DNA of 64,000 nucleotides from Convolutriloba macropyga (GCF_964194025.1 NC_134478.1:15314001-15378000); one strand, 5' to 3'. Positions 26,060 to 39,496 are shown, numbered from the stretch's first letter. The notes: generated by a model not told the origin, from the letters alone. Numbers and translations are program-made.

Positions 26060-28380
26060 AAATTTGTTTTGTCATTCAGTTTCCAACACAGGGGCCTTTT
26101 GAAACCTGGAATTTCAAGTTAATTCTGTTTAAGAAAGGTGACGACTCTGAGTTCTCTGTTTACATCGCAGAGCATTTTGCAAAGATTTCTGAGAAAAGAT
26201 TCGATGGATGACCCGGACGCTCCTCGCACTTCAGAAGCTATAGGGCTTCTAGTGGCTCACATTTTCAGCCGCCCAAGCTAAACAAGTGCAAGAAAAAGAC
26301 TCGAGGAGAATTTGTCTACTGGACATGCAGAGTCATTAACACAATAAACCAAAAAATCCAGTTTTGCGACCCTGTCGGTCTAAAATCGCGAATAGTCAAC
26401 CTGATGTGGAAGTTTGTCGACACGATTCTCAGATTCTAACCCTTGCACATGGCAACCATGTTGCGACTGCTGTGACTGTCGCAACATTTGGACATCGTTC
26501 TAATCAAAGTTATGGGAGAAAACCATCTGGTGTCAAACCCCAGGAATCAACAACAACAACCAGAACTAAAATTGTACAAAATATATGTCTCTTTATATTT
26601 TCAGTATCTGGATTTAACCAACTTCGGTATTCGATGATGGGGGCTTAAGTCCCTGGCTCCCAGGTGCAAATCTATTGAATTTCTTATTTGTTGATTCGAC
26701 AGTTTCGGATTTAGGTTTTTGCAGGGATATCCATTCATCCATTGTGACGCAAATCTGTCTTGGAAGCTTTTGAACCGTTTGACTCCAAAAGGACATAGTT
26801 TGAAAATGAAGTCACGGAAGAGTTTCTCGTAAACTCACTTCGAACAATCTGTCTGATGCCCAGAATCAAACGACACTTCTGAATGTATCTTTTTGTACTA
26901 GATGACAAAGCCGCGTTTCAATATCAAATCAGTACGTTTTTACGGGAGAAGTTGAATGGATTCCTGAGTGGCACCACTGCTGAGGCAAAAGAAACCGGAA
27001 GAGCAAATATTTGCGCAGAAGAGACAGCAATCCACACCTTGAGGGGGGAAATACTGCATAAAGAAAAACACATTTTCATCAGGATTGGATTTTGCTACCC
27101 TACACATTCCTGATTACGAAATTGTAAGGTGTTCCTCCAATGAACGTTGTTCAAAGAAACAAAAGCTCATTCGAAGAAAGTAGAGCATTTTTGGCATAAT
27201 GAAACAAGTTCGTAGGAGAAAGAACCATAATGCGCATCTAATTCAGGGAGAATTTCTGACATATTTTCATATCTTTCTTTTTTTCTGAGAGTAGAGAACG
27301 CCTCATGTTTTTTCCGATTGGGGCGTTCCTAGCGTTACAAGACTGTCTCTTGCAGTAACTTTTATCACATGGCACATTTTGCACTCTGGTTTAGAATGTT
27401 ATTTCTCTGAGTCCGTTCTCCCAAAAACAAAACTCAGATTTTGCAAAGTGAAGACTCAAGCCGAACGCCTCCTCAGAATTCCTCAAAACTTTGTATTTTT
27501 TATAGTCATCTGCTTGGTTGCCGTCGTCATAATACAAAATGTTGAATTTTTTCTTTTCTTGGTTAACGTTGGCTTTATTATTTTAGCGAACAGTGGTGGC
27601 ACTTCTGAGTCCCACTGTTGAGTCCCTTCCTCCAACTATATTATAGCTTCTCTAAAAAAATGGTTTACTATAGGCGGCGTATTTATAGTTAAAAACAATT
27701 GCTCTGACATTGCGTACATGCTTATAATTTGATTTACCTATTTAAGCGTTTTTAAAATCTAATTAAAACAAAACACACGCCTTGGCGGAAGGTAGTGCTT
27801 GCAGCTTTCTATAACGAAGAGCTGCTACTTCTGCATCCTTGCTAGTTCCTCAACTAACTTTCTGATTACCGAAATACGTCATACGTGCGTATATGTCCTC
27901 TGAGCCCGCACATCTGGTTTCAACACTTATGCTTTTCAAACAGCTATAGTGCGAAGAACGTCGCCAATTTTATCTAGCGCTGTCAGTTTTGCTCCAAAAA
28001 AAGTTTTCACTGTCTCGGATACCTTGTTTTCTACAATCCAGGTCACTAGTTTCGCTAAATCTTCTCAAAATTGTAATACTGCAATACTGTTAGATATACA
28101 AACCAGATCTCGCAGAACTTGGAACGCCAGACCACAAGCTGAAGGTTTCAACATATAACCACTTACGTCGGACAAGTTGCTCTTAATCGACGTGCGGGCT
28201 ATTTGTTTCCTTCGAGAGCGGTAGTTTATATGAAATATTTGCTCTTGGGTGCAAATCGTCCAACCAGCGTGAACCCACGACTTCTGCAACCCTAAATAGG
28301 AGCAGCCTCCTCTCGGGTATTTGGGCGTTGGAATCTCGTCGGCTACAAACGTTTCTGTTTTAGCAACAAAAGCAATTGAT
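26060..28380 (-). mobile_element. Heavily decayed CRE-clade (RT + restriction-like endonuclease) non-LTR retrotransposon
   Basis: Minus-strand remnants with many stops and frameshifts: FFGAKLTALDKIGDVLRTIAV (~27950-28010; cf. the 'A.L.AL.K..GG.RPIAVG' motif), FFLLRTCFIMPKMLYFLR (~27170-27225), VSSAQIFALPVSFASAVV (~26970-27025) and C-terminal PIASEVRGASG..FLRNLCKMLC..VTFLKQ (~26125-26245). Confidence 0.6.
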
Positions 28381-28401
28381 TTGACGCCCCCAAATAGAAT
28401 G

Positions 28402-29970
28402 ATAGCTGTTTTAGAGAAAAGAGTTTTCTTTTAATTGACTCTTAACAAAGACTTATTTACCTTTAAAACAAGGCAAATTTAATGGTTGTGATTTCAATTT
28501 TACGATTTGTCATCCGTACTAGTCGTGTATGCAACAATAAACAAAAGCATAGGCAGATTTAACAGAAGTGAATTTAAATGGTTTTAAATTAATTTAAATA
28601 AAATGCCCCAATTGAGAAATCTGAACTTAAATGACGCAAGAAAATTTCCTTAACTTTGTTTTTCTTCATAAGAAATTGTCGGTATGATTGGTTTGAGAAG
28701 TAATAGATCGTTGCAATGTTCGGCCTGGAACCTTATAACGCCTAATTTTTTTGAGTACAGCAAGAATTGCTATGTTTGGTTTGGAACCTAGGTATGCATT
28801 GGTACGTTTGGTTTAGCAATGTTCGGTATGTGTGGTTAAATATTGTAAGAAGAATTCTGGTTTTCTTCAGTTTCGTACCTAACAAAAGATCAGTATGTTC
28901 GCTTGAGGACGTAGGAAATGTTGCTTATGTTAGTTAGGGTTATTTTCTATCTTGGAAAATTTGGTTCAACTTAATTTTTTTGTCATTTCAGTTAAACAAA
29001 TTGTTATGAAAAAACAAAACACATATAGGAAATCCATTTTTGCGCTTAACCAATTACGTTTTTTTATTGAGGCATTCCGTTTGTGAAATTTTTTGTAGAA
29101 CGCGGTAAAAAAACATCCGTAATTTTTCTGCCAAACAACTCAATAAACTTTGCGATCATGTCAAACAGGAACCCTGTTTCCAGATTTTTATTAATCCAAC
29201 AGCACGCCTGAAAACTGGCAAAGAATAGTCGCAAGGCTAGCTTTTGTCCATTGATGTTCTCCTCTATAGAAGAGACCAGTCCATATGCATCTAAAGCCAT
29301 ACTGAATTTGGCAACCGGGATGTCCGATATGAGGGAAGATTTGCATTCGTATGTAATCAACTGCATTATGAATAAGAAAATTTTCGCAGTTTTGTCGGGC
29401 TCTACACTCTTCCTCTGAGACACGTGCTCCATGCGTCAGCGCCCTGCAGCGGAAAAAATTGGTGGGAACCACTCTGGAGGAGGGGCGGCTGTTGTTCTTC
29501 AATTATTCATGAATTGATTTTAAAAATGTGGATATACGCATTTTAAGTACAAAGACATTCGTAATTTTTCTTCCAACCAACTCACTGGGCTTTGCGATCT
29601 GGTCAAACAGGAGCCCTGTTTCCAGATTTTCATTAATCCAACAGGACGCCTGAAAACTGTCAAATGATAGTCGCAAGGTTAGATTTTGTCCATTTATGTT
29701 CTCCTCTATAGAAGAGACCAGTCCATATGCATCTAAAGCCATACTGAATTTGGCAACCGGAATGTCCGATATGAAGGAAGATTTGCATTCGTATGTAATC
29801 AACTGCATTATGAAAAAGAAAATTTTCGCAGTTTTGTCGGGCTTTATACTCTTCCTCTGAGACACGTGCTCCATGCGTCAGCGCTCTGCAGCGGAAAGAA
29901 TTGGTAGGAACCACTCTGCAGGAAGGGCGGCTGTTGTCCTTAACTTTTTTATCGATTAGTTTCAATTATT
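28402..29970 (-). repeat. ~2-kb duplicated segment, copy 1, with two ~440-bp tandem units encoding a 122-aa ORF-like remnant
   Basis: ORFs 29064-29432 and 29503-29874 (MEHVSQRKS.EPDKTAKIF...) are paralogous. The whole block recurs at offset ~1967. Confidence 0.85.
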
Positions 29971-30089
29971 TTTTCAAAATCATATTCTACAGATTGAGTT
30001 TTAAATTTGGCTTTCCTTGTTCAATATTCTTATTTTCGTCCCTTTCGCCTTTAATTTCAATTCAATTGAAATATTTGTCCTCTCTTGTG

Positions 30090-30120
<31 letters not shown>

Positions 30121-30370
30121 AGAATATTTATACACACNNNNNNNNNNNNNNNNNNNNNNNNNNNNNNNNNNNNNNNNNNNNNNNNNNNNNNNNNNNNNNN
30201 NNNNNNNNNNNNNNNNNNNNNNNNNNNNNNNNNNNNNNNNNNNNNNNNNNNNNNNNNNNNNNNNNNNNNNNNNNNNNNNNNNNNNNNNNNNNNNNNNNNN
30301 NNNNNNNNNNNNNNNNNNNNNNNNNNNNNNNNNNNNNNNNNNNATTAATTTGGCGCGCCCAAAGAGAAGG

Positions 30371-31779
30371 ATAGCTGTTTTAGAGAAAGACTTCTTTTAA
30401 TTGACTCTTAAAAAGAATTATTTACCTTTAAAGCAAGACAAATTAAATGGTTGTCATTTCAATTTTTCCTTTTGTCATCCGTACTAGTCGTGTATGCAAC
30501 AATAAACAAAAGCATAGGCAGATTTAACAGAAGTAAATTTAAATGGTTTTAAATTAATTTAAACAAAATGCCCCAATTGAGAAATCTGAACTTAAATGAC
30601 GCAAGAAAATTTCCTTAACTTTGTTTTTCTTCATAAGAAATTGTCGGTATGATTGGTTTGAGAAGTAATAGATCGTTGCAATGTTCGGCCTGGAACCTTA
30701 TAACGCCTAATTTTTTTGAGTACAGCAAGAATTGCTATGTTTGGTTTGGAACCTAGGTATGCATTGGTACGTTTGGTTTAGCAATGTTCGGTATGTGTGG
30801 TTAAATATTGTAAGAAGAATTCTGGTTTTCTTCAGTTTCGTACCTAACAAAAGATCAGTATGTTCGCTTGAGGACGTAGGAAATGTTGCTTATGTTAGTT
30901 AGGGTTATTTTCTATCTTGGAAAATTTGGTTCAACTTAATTTTTTTGTCATTTCAATTAAACAAATTGTTATGAAAAAACAAAACACATATAGGAAATCC
31001 ATTTTTGCGCTTAACCAATTACGTTTTTTTTTATTGAGGCATTCCGTTTGTGAAATTTTTTGTAGAACGAGGTAAAAAAACATCCGTAAATTTTCTGCCA
31101 AACAACTCAATAAACTTTGCGATCATGTCAAACAGGAACCCTGTTTCCAGATATTTATTAATCCAACAGCACGCCTGAAAACTGGCAAAGAATAGTCGCA
31201 AGGCTAGCTTTTGTCCATTGATGTTCTCCTCTATAGAAGAGACCAGTCCATATGCATCTAAAGCCATACTGAATTTGGCAACCGGAATGTCCGAAATGAA
31301 GGAAGATTTGCATTCGTATGTAATCAACTGCATTATGAATAAGAAAATTTTCGCAGTTTTGTCGGGCTCTACACTCTTCCTCTGAGACACGTGCTCCATG
31401 CGTCAGCGCCCTGCAGCGGAAAAAATTGGTGGGAACCACTCTGGAGGAGGGGCGGCTGTTGTTCTTCAATTATTCATGAATTGATTTTAAAAAATGTGGA
31501 TATACGCATTTTAAGTACAAAGACATTCATAATTTTTCTTCCAACCAACTCACTGGGCTTTGCGATCTGGTCAAACAGGAGCCCTGTTTCCAGATTTTCA
31601 TTAATCCAACAGGACGCCTGAAAACTGTCAAATAGGAGTCGCAAGGTTAGATTTTGTCCATTTATGTTCTCCTCTATAGAAGAGACCAGTCCATATGCAT
31701 CTAAAGCCATACTGAATTTGGCAACCGGAATGTCCGATATGAAGGAAGATTTGCATTCGTATGTAATCAACTGCATTAT
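30371..31779 (-). repeat. ~2-kb duplicated segment, copy 2 (near-identical, bounded by gaps)
   Basis: ORF 31031-31399 differs from 29064-29432 at only a few residues. A related partial copy lies at ~35680-35920. Confidence 0.85.
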
Positions 31780-32220
31780 NNNNNNNNNNNNNNNNNNNNN
31801 NNNNNNNNNNNNNNNNNNNNNNNNNNNNNNNNNNNNNNNNNNNNNNNNNNNNNNNNNNNNNNNNNNNNNNNNNNNNNNNNNNNNNNNNNNNNNNNNNNNN
31901 NNNNNNNNNNNNNNNNNNNNNNNNNNNNNNNNNNNNNNNNNNNNNNNNNNNNNNNNNNNNNNNNNNNNNNNNNNNNNNNNNNNNNNNNNNNNNNNNNNNN
32001 NNNNNNNNNNNNNNNNNNNNNNNNNNNNNNNNNNNNNNNNNNNNNNNNNNNNNNNNNNNNNNNNNNNNNNNNNNNNNNNNNNNNNNNNNNNNNNNNNNNN
32101 NNNNNNNNNNNNNNNNNNNNNNNNNNNNNNNNNNNNNNNNNNNNNNNNNNNNNNNNNNNNNNNNNNNNNNNNNNNNNNNNNNNNNNNNNNNNNNNNNNNN
32201 NNNNNNNNNNNNNNNNNNNN

Positions 32221-35110
32221 AACAGTTAGAGGTGACATCAAAAAACTGTTGGATGCGTTCAAAAACCTACATCCAAACCCTCAAAATGTATTAGAAACAA
32301 CGCAAGACAAAAAGGGCTAGAAATTTCTGGACATGTCAAATAACGTACAACCAGAGGCTACAGTTTTTTGCACATTGTATCAAAAACCATCAGAAACAGG
32401 AACAAATCATAATTAGCGTAGCAACTCTTCATTATAAAACAAAGGACAATACAGGAAAAAGTAATCTCCCTGTTTCGAGGCACTAGCAATTGGGGAGCGT
32501 TCCATGAAGCATTGACAAAAGATGAAAACAATTCGGAACATATTCAATATCCTAGGCATTGGGTAGGGATAATTGTCAGGGATACAATTAGTACGAATGA
32601 AAGTAAAAAGAAAAAGATATAACGCTGGCGTAGCCGTAAAACAACACAAAAATACTGGAAAAGACCAATTTGTATTACAGTACAGATTTAACATTTGTAA
32701 TGAATAAGTAAAGAAGCTAAACAGAATTTATCCTGTGGAGACAATTTTCACCAATCGGAATTTTAAGAGCTGTTTACCTAGCCTTATGTCAAGCTTTGAT
32801 AAAGTTCTCAAATCCCACGTGCTTTTTCAACTGACTTGTAATAGATGCAATTTCTTCTATGTAGGGCAGACAAGCGGACATATTACCACAAAGTCTGCAG
32901 AGCATGCCAAAGCGGACTCACTGAAATCATGCAGTTGAGTGCAACGGTGGTAAAGTAGCTTTCATTTGGAAGCTATTAGACCAGTGCGGTAACCAATCTA
33001 AGTTAGTGACACTAGAGGCGCTTTATATAAGAACAATGAAACCAGTATCAAAAACCATCAGATACTGGGACAATTCTGAATTACCATAGTTTTGCAACTC
33101 TTCATCATAAAAAAAGCACAATAAAGGGAACAAAACTACCCCTGTTTCGAAGCACTAGCAATTGGGGAGCGTTCCATGAATTACTGACAAAAGATGAAAA
33201 CGTTTCGGAACAGATTCAATATCCTAGGCATTGGGTAGGGATAATTGTCAAGGATACAATTAATACGAATGAAAGTAAGAAAAAGGAAAATAACGCTGGC
33301 GTAGCCGTAAAACAACAGAAAAAGCTGCGAAACACCAATTGGTATTACAGTACAGAGGCAACATTTCTAATGAATAAGTAAATAAGCCGAACAATATTTA
33401 TCCTGTGGAGACAATTTTACCATTCGGAAAATTAAGAGCTGTTTATCTAGCCTTATGTCAAGCTCTGATATAGTTCTCAAATCCCACGTGGTTTTTCAAC
33501 TGACTTGTAATGGATGCAAATCCTTCTATGTAGGGCAGACATGCCAACATATTACCACAAAGGTTGCAGAGCATGCCAAGGCGGACTCACTGAATTCATG
33601 CAGTTGAGTGCAACGGTGGTAAAACAGCTTTCCAGTGGAAGGTATTAGACCAGTGCGGTAACCAATCTAAGTTAGTGACACTAGAGGCGCTTTATATAAG
33701 AAAAATGAAACTGGTATCAAAAACCATCAGATACTGGGACAATTCTGGATTACCGGAGCTTTACAATCCTTCATTATAAAGAAAGCACAATACAGGGAAC
33801 AAAACTACCCCTGTTTCGAGGCACTAGCAATTGCGGAGCGTTCCAAGAAGCATTGACAAAAGATGAAAACATTTCGGAACATATTTAATATCCTAGGCAT
33901 TGGGTAGGGATAATTGTCAAGGATACAATTAGTACGAATGAAAGTAAGAAGAAAAAGAAACTAACGCTGGCGTAGCCGTAAAACAACACAAAAACACTGA
34001 GAAACACCAATTTGTATTACAGTACAGAGTTAACATTTCTAATGAATAAGTAAAGAAGCTGAACAAAAATTATCCTGTGGAGACAATTTTACCACTCGGA
34101 AACTTAAGGACTGTTTACCTAGCCTTATGTCAAACTCTGATAAACTTCTCAAATCCCACGTGGTTTTTCAACTGACTTGTAATAGAAGCAAATCCTTCTA
34201 TGTAGGGCAGACATGTAGACATATTACCACAAAGGTTGCAGAGCATGCCAAGGCGAACTCACTGAATTCATGCAGTTGAGTGCAACGGTGGTAAAACAGC
34301 TTTCCAGTGGAAGATAATAGGCCAGTGCAGCAACCAATCTAAGTTAGTGACACTAGAGGCGCTTTATATAAGAAAACTGAAACCGGTATCAAAAACCATC
34401 AGATACTGGGACAAATCTGAATTACCGTAGCTTTGCAACCCTTCATTAAAAAAAGCACAATACAGGGAACAAAACTACCCCTGTTTCGAGGCACTAGCAA
34501 TTGCGGAGCGTTCTATGAAGCATTGACAACAGATGAAAACATTTCCGAACATATTCAATATCCTAGGCATTGGGTAGGGATAATTGTCAAGAATACAATT
34601 AGTACGAATGAAAGTAAGAAGAAAAAGGAAATAACGCTGGCGTAGCCGTAAAACAAGACAAAAATACTGAAAAACACCAATCTGTATTACAGTACAGAGT
34701 TAACATTTCTAATGAATAAGTAAAGAAGCTGAACAAAATTTATCCTGTGGAGACAATTTTACCACTCGGAAACTTAAGAGCTGTTTATCTAGCCTTATGT
34801 CAAGCTCTGATAAAGTTCTCAAATCCCACTTGGTGTTTCAACTGACTTGTAATGGATGCAAATCCTTCTATGTAGGGCAGACATGCCAACATATTACCAC
34901 AAAGGTTGCAGAGCATGCCAAGGCGGACTAACTGAATTCATGCAGTTGAGTGCAACGGTGGTAAAACAGCTTTCCAGTGGAAGATATTAGACAAGTGCAG
35001 CAACCAATCTAAGTTAGTGACACTAGAGGAGCTTTATATAAGAACACTGAAACCGGCCGTCAACAAGCGCGACCAATCCCAAACACCAGAATTGACACTG
35101 AAAACTTAGT
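32221..35110 (+). mobile_element. Tandem array of four ~670-bp Penelope-like 3' fragments (RT thumb + GIY-YIG), pseudogenised
   Basis: Units begin caaaaaccatcagatactgggac (YQKPSDTGT) at ~32380, 33049, 33718 and 34390. Each contains KSHVVFQLTCNGCKSFYVGQT..HITTKVAEH, WK.LDQC and LEALYIR. The last unit ends ...PELTLKT*. Confidence 0.85.
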
Positions 35111-35259
35111 TTGGGGATGAAATTCGAACTTGAAAGAAAAACACGTTACAAAACGAAAAATTCAACATTTCAGTGAACAAAACAAAATAGGTTTAAAGTA
35201 TTTTTTGTATGCTTTTTTTAAAAAAAAAACATGTCGATATTCATCTGCGACATCAAATC

Positions 35260-35294
<35 letters not shown>

Positions 35295-36149
35295 CAGATA
35301 TAAAATTTTGTAGATACGACTGTAGATATTTAAAAAATTGATTTTAATTTCCTTGAATGAGTGGATTTTAGTGATTTGCAGTTTATTTTCTGGCCTTTCA
35401 TTTTAGCATTTTGTAATCTCTATAAACTGACGATGACCTCAGAGTACGNNNNNNNNNNNNNNNNNNNNNNNNNNNNNNNNNNNNNNNNNNNNNNNNNNNN
35501 NNNNNNNNNNNNNNNNNNNNNNNNNNNNNNNNNNNNNNNNNNNNNNNNNNNNNNNNNNNNNNNNNNNNNNNNNNNNNNNNNNNNNNNNNNNNNNNNNNNN
35601 NNNNNNNNTATATACATAAATATATGTAAACAAGTAGAGACAGAGCAATAGATTTTGAGCCACAAATAGACCGACATCAGTTTCAGAGAAAAGGCTTTTC
35701 TTTTAATTGACACTTAACAAAGAGTTATTATCCTTTAAAGCCAGAAAACTTTAATGGTTATCGTTTCAATTATTTGGTTTCGCGTGCGTACTAGTCGTGT
35801 ATGCCACAATAAACAAAAACACTCGCGGATGTAAGAGAATTGAATTGAAGTTTTTTGCAATACTTTAAGTAAAAAAATGAGAATTCTGAACTAAAATGGC
35901 GCAAGAAAATTTCCCTAATTTTGNNNNNNNNNNNNNNNNNNNNNNNNNNNNNNNNNNNNNNNNNNNNNNNNNNNNNNNNNNNNNNNNNNNNNNNNNNNNN
36001 NNNNNNNNNNNNNNNNNNNNNNNNNNNNNNNNNNNNNNNNNNNNNNNNNNNNNNNNNNNNNNNNNNNNNNNNNNNNNNNNNNNNNNNTATTATTTTTATA
36101 GGTTTAGGCATCATTTAAATACTTTAAAAAGCTTCAAAGTAAAACAATG

Positions 36150-37880
36150 AGAATAAAAAAGTTTTCAGATTTTTCCTACAAATAAGCTTATCTGGTATTA
36201 GCTTCAATTCAAATGGCAGTCTGTTCCGTTCATGCGGAATGGCATGTATGAAAAAAATTTTGTAAGTGATCACTTTTAGTGACCCAAATTTGAAGGTTGT
36301 ATATATACTGGAATCCTGTAACTTTATCATTGCGAGGCACAAGAGAGCTAAGATAACATGGAACATGATGAATCAGGCGATGGCCAAAAAACAAAATTTT
36401 GAACAACACACGTTTTCGCACAGGTAAACAATGTAGCCGCTTGATGAATCTTGTAGTTGTTGTTCCGGTTGACAGTTGAAATATCAGCCTGCATGCACAA
36501 TTCATTATCCGTTGTGTTCTCCATGAAGTACAGCAGGTAATCCATAGCAAAGTGAAATGCAGTAAACAAGCCGCGAAATAATCATTACGCTTATCAAATC
36601 TATTAGGACATCGCTGTCAACTGTGTCTCTGATAGAATAGATCATCCGTAGCATATACTAGCAGGCAGAAGTAACTGAGCTGATTTGCCTTGAAAATAAA
36701 ACTTTGTCATCTAGAATCAAGCAAAAGAATTCCACACGATTGGAACATTTGGAATCCATAGGGTGTTTTTAGATCGGCAATGAAAACATTATTTTGCACT
36801 ACTTTCATAAATTCTGTTTTAGTGATATTCAACTTCTGTTTGTGCCACTAAACCGTTTCTCTAAGCTGCTAATAATCAAATCAAACTTCTCCTGAGTCAC
36901 CGTTTCCTCATAGACAAAAAAAATAACGGTATCGTCCCCAAAGAAATGATAGTTTATTTGCAGCTGCTTAAATTTGAGATCTAATGGCAGCAAGTAAATG
37001 GAGAAAGTAGGAGGCCTGAAACCAAACCCTGACTTACCCGTTTTTATTTCCCGTTCCGAACACAACACATCTTTTATTAAAACACTGTGAGATCGACCAC
37101 TCAGATAGCTTTTTAAAAAACAGACAGCAAAACGTCGGAACCCAAGGCTGACCTCAAGTATTGATAGAAATATTTCTGGATCCAGTGTAACAAAAGCTGC
37201 CGATAGAACGAGTCCAATGTAAAAAGTGCTCTTTCTTAGCATTAATTTAAGTAACATGTCGTTGGTGACTTTTAGTAGCGCGCTTTCTGTTGAAAAAAAT
37301 TCTATAGGCACTTTGAAAAGCACAGAACAAGGCCTTGCTCTCGAGGTAATCGGTAAGTTGTACAAGAGCTGATATTTCTAAGAACTTTGATGTATAACTG
37401 AGTTTTGATATTGGTCGATAGTTTGCAAAATCCTCAGGATCAAGATGAACGCCTTACAAGTATTACAGGATGAGGTTTAACAATCGCTTGTTTAATAGAT
37501 TGGGGAAAACTCCCTTTTCCAAAAAAAATCGATGAGGTTCAATACTACAGAAGTTAGTTCATTAGGAATATATTTTTCAATCCTCGTCCGAATCTTATCC
37601 AGCGCTGATGTGCTAATCGTTGAATCAGTAAATAGCTTCTTCAAATGGTTCAAGTATAACTGAGTGAAGGCGAAAACGTTTTATTTGTCAACGGGAGGAT
37701 CACTGGACACTCAACTGTCTGAAATGATGCAATAATATTCCCAATTCTTGAAATAAAAAATTTATTAAATTCTGTAGCAAGAATTTCCTTATCTTCACAT
37801 TTTGGTAGTGTCTGCTCCTCTTTGACAAGTTGCCAAGTAGGGCTTTCAATAACTTTCGACGTGTACATTTCTTTCCCGTA
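36150..37880 (-). mobile_element. L2/CR1-group LINE reverse transcriptase fragment (decayed)
   Basis: Remnants LATEFNKFFISRIGNI, YRPISKLSYTSKVL, STESALLKVTNDML..LVLSAAFVTLD, HFFGDDTVI, and the L2-type C-terminal LHCLPVRKRVLFKIL...PCYLSSL. Confidence 0.8.
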
Positions 37881-37899
37881 CAAGACAACTTTCAGCGGA

Positions 37900-38990
37900 C
37901 AAAATTTACACAAAAACAAATATGAAAATTTTGCATTAGAAATCTTAGAGGAAGAAACAATTAGTTTGTGTGGACAGCAGGTGAAACCAAACGGAGTTGC
38001 AGTTGTTTTTTATTCCGAGGAAAGTTCAGAACTGAAAGCTGGTAATTTAAAATAACCATGGAAATGTTTCTTGCATGCGTGGTTGACACCTTAAATTTCG
38101 AACTTCTCAAAGAGAGAGAGAGAGAGAGAAATTTTCTAATGGAAATTAGAACGCCCCAATGCGAGATTCAAGGACTAAAAAATCAAACTATGATTGAAAT
38201 ATCAAAAAACATTGTTAGTCCATCAGTAACGCTCTTCGGGGAAAGAACTCACGTCTAAAGAGCAGGATCTGTGTTATATGTTCATAAACGTGCAAAGATG
38301 GTAGCAACAATAACTAAACTTCAGAATTTTTCTTCTATTAGATATATGGACCCTATTACAAAAATTTTGTATCATAATTATACAATCGCTGCATGCAACC
38401 CGCTGTACCCAAATGTTGTCAAATTAGAAGAGGGCAGTTTTCAACAATATGGAGAAACGCTGAAGAAATTCAATCTTGGGATATATCAGTGGTCGATGAA
38501 TAGTAACTGCATCAATACCTCAATGGATCACAGCCTTTTCTTCTTATTAGACGTAACATAGAGCCAAATTTCTCGAACAAATCGCCATAATAGTAAAGGA
38601 ACTGTCAGTCGGGAAGCATTCCGAGATTCAGATGGAAAATACAGTCATGAAATTTTTATTCAAGGGAACGATCAGTTCCAACAACAACTTTTTCTAACGA
38701 ATGAAATGATAATTTTTCGGAATTTAAGATCCGAAAGCTTATACATTTGGTTAAAATCGAAGGACATTGCTGTGTCAGTCTTAACAGTCTACCTAATTTT
38801 TCAATTTGTGAAAATTTTTCCTAAATTGTTCATATATTTAGGGTTAGTTATTAATGGAGCGTCTGGGCGACAAATATTGCGAAATTCTGACCCCATAACG
38901 AGAACACGTATGTATAATCAATTGCTCAAATTAATAAATGAACGCCGAGAACAAAAGAAAATGATTGAAGAAAAAGAATCCTTAAGAGAG
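37900..38990 (+). pseudogene. Viral/env-like glycoprotein remnant (class III fusogen-like, as in chuvirus G and env of some invertebrate LTR elements)
   Basis: Broken frames give NFALEILEEETISLCG, RAGSVLYVHK, RYMDPITKILYHNYTIAACNPLYPNVVKL and LGIY, then a C-terminal hydrophobic segment IAVSVLTVYLIFQFVKIFPKLFIYLGLVING and a basic tail. Motif order matches my recollection of chuviral-type glycoproteins. Confidence 0.5.
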
Positions 38991-39021
38991 TCAGTTGTTT
39001 TTAAAAAAAGAAAAATAAATT

Positions 39022-39387
39022 GTCTTGAGTTCAAGACTAAAAAAGGAAGGAAGGCAACGTCTCGAGTTCGAGACCAAAAAAAGAAAAAAGAAGAGTAGGC
39101 AACGTCTCGAGTTCGAGACCAAAAAAGTTGTCTTGAGTTGTAGACGAAAAATAAGAAAAAAAAGAAGAATAGCCAACGTCTCGAGTTCGAGAACAAAAAA
39201 ATTGTCTTGAGTTCGAGACCAAAAACAAAACGGGAACGTCTCAAGTTCGAGACCAATAAAAATTGTCTTGAGTTCTAGACGAAAAAAAAAGAAAAAAAAG
39301 AAGAATAGCCAACGTCTCGAGTTCGAGAACAAAAAAATTTGTCTTGAGTTCGAGACCAAAAAAATGGGAACGTCTCGAGTTTGAGAC
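39022..39387. repeat. Array of 11 hairpin palindromes GTCTYG-AGTT-CRAGAC with A-rich spacers
   Basis: Copies start at 39022, 39059, 39104, 39130, 39178, 39204, 39238, 39265, 39314, 39341 and 39372. Confidence 0.9.
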
Positions 39388-39496
39388 CAAAACAGTTCAA
39401 GATTGAAAAAATTGAGAAACTTTAGAAGTAAAAGGTGTTTTTTTATCCAAAATAGCGGGTAACGAGATTCCACAGATTGGTGAATATGTATACTAC

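Noticed and set aside
29901-36150. Long ORFs containing X runs (also 63020-63668)
   Set aside because: Artefacts of N-gaps and microsatellites.
39022-39387. CRISPR array
   Set aside because: Eukaryotic context, 16-bp repeats, low-complexity and partly repeated spacers of irregular length, and no cas genes.
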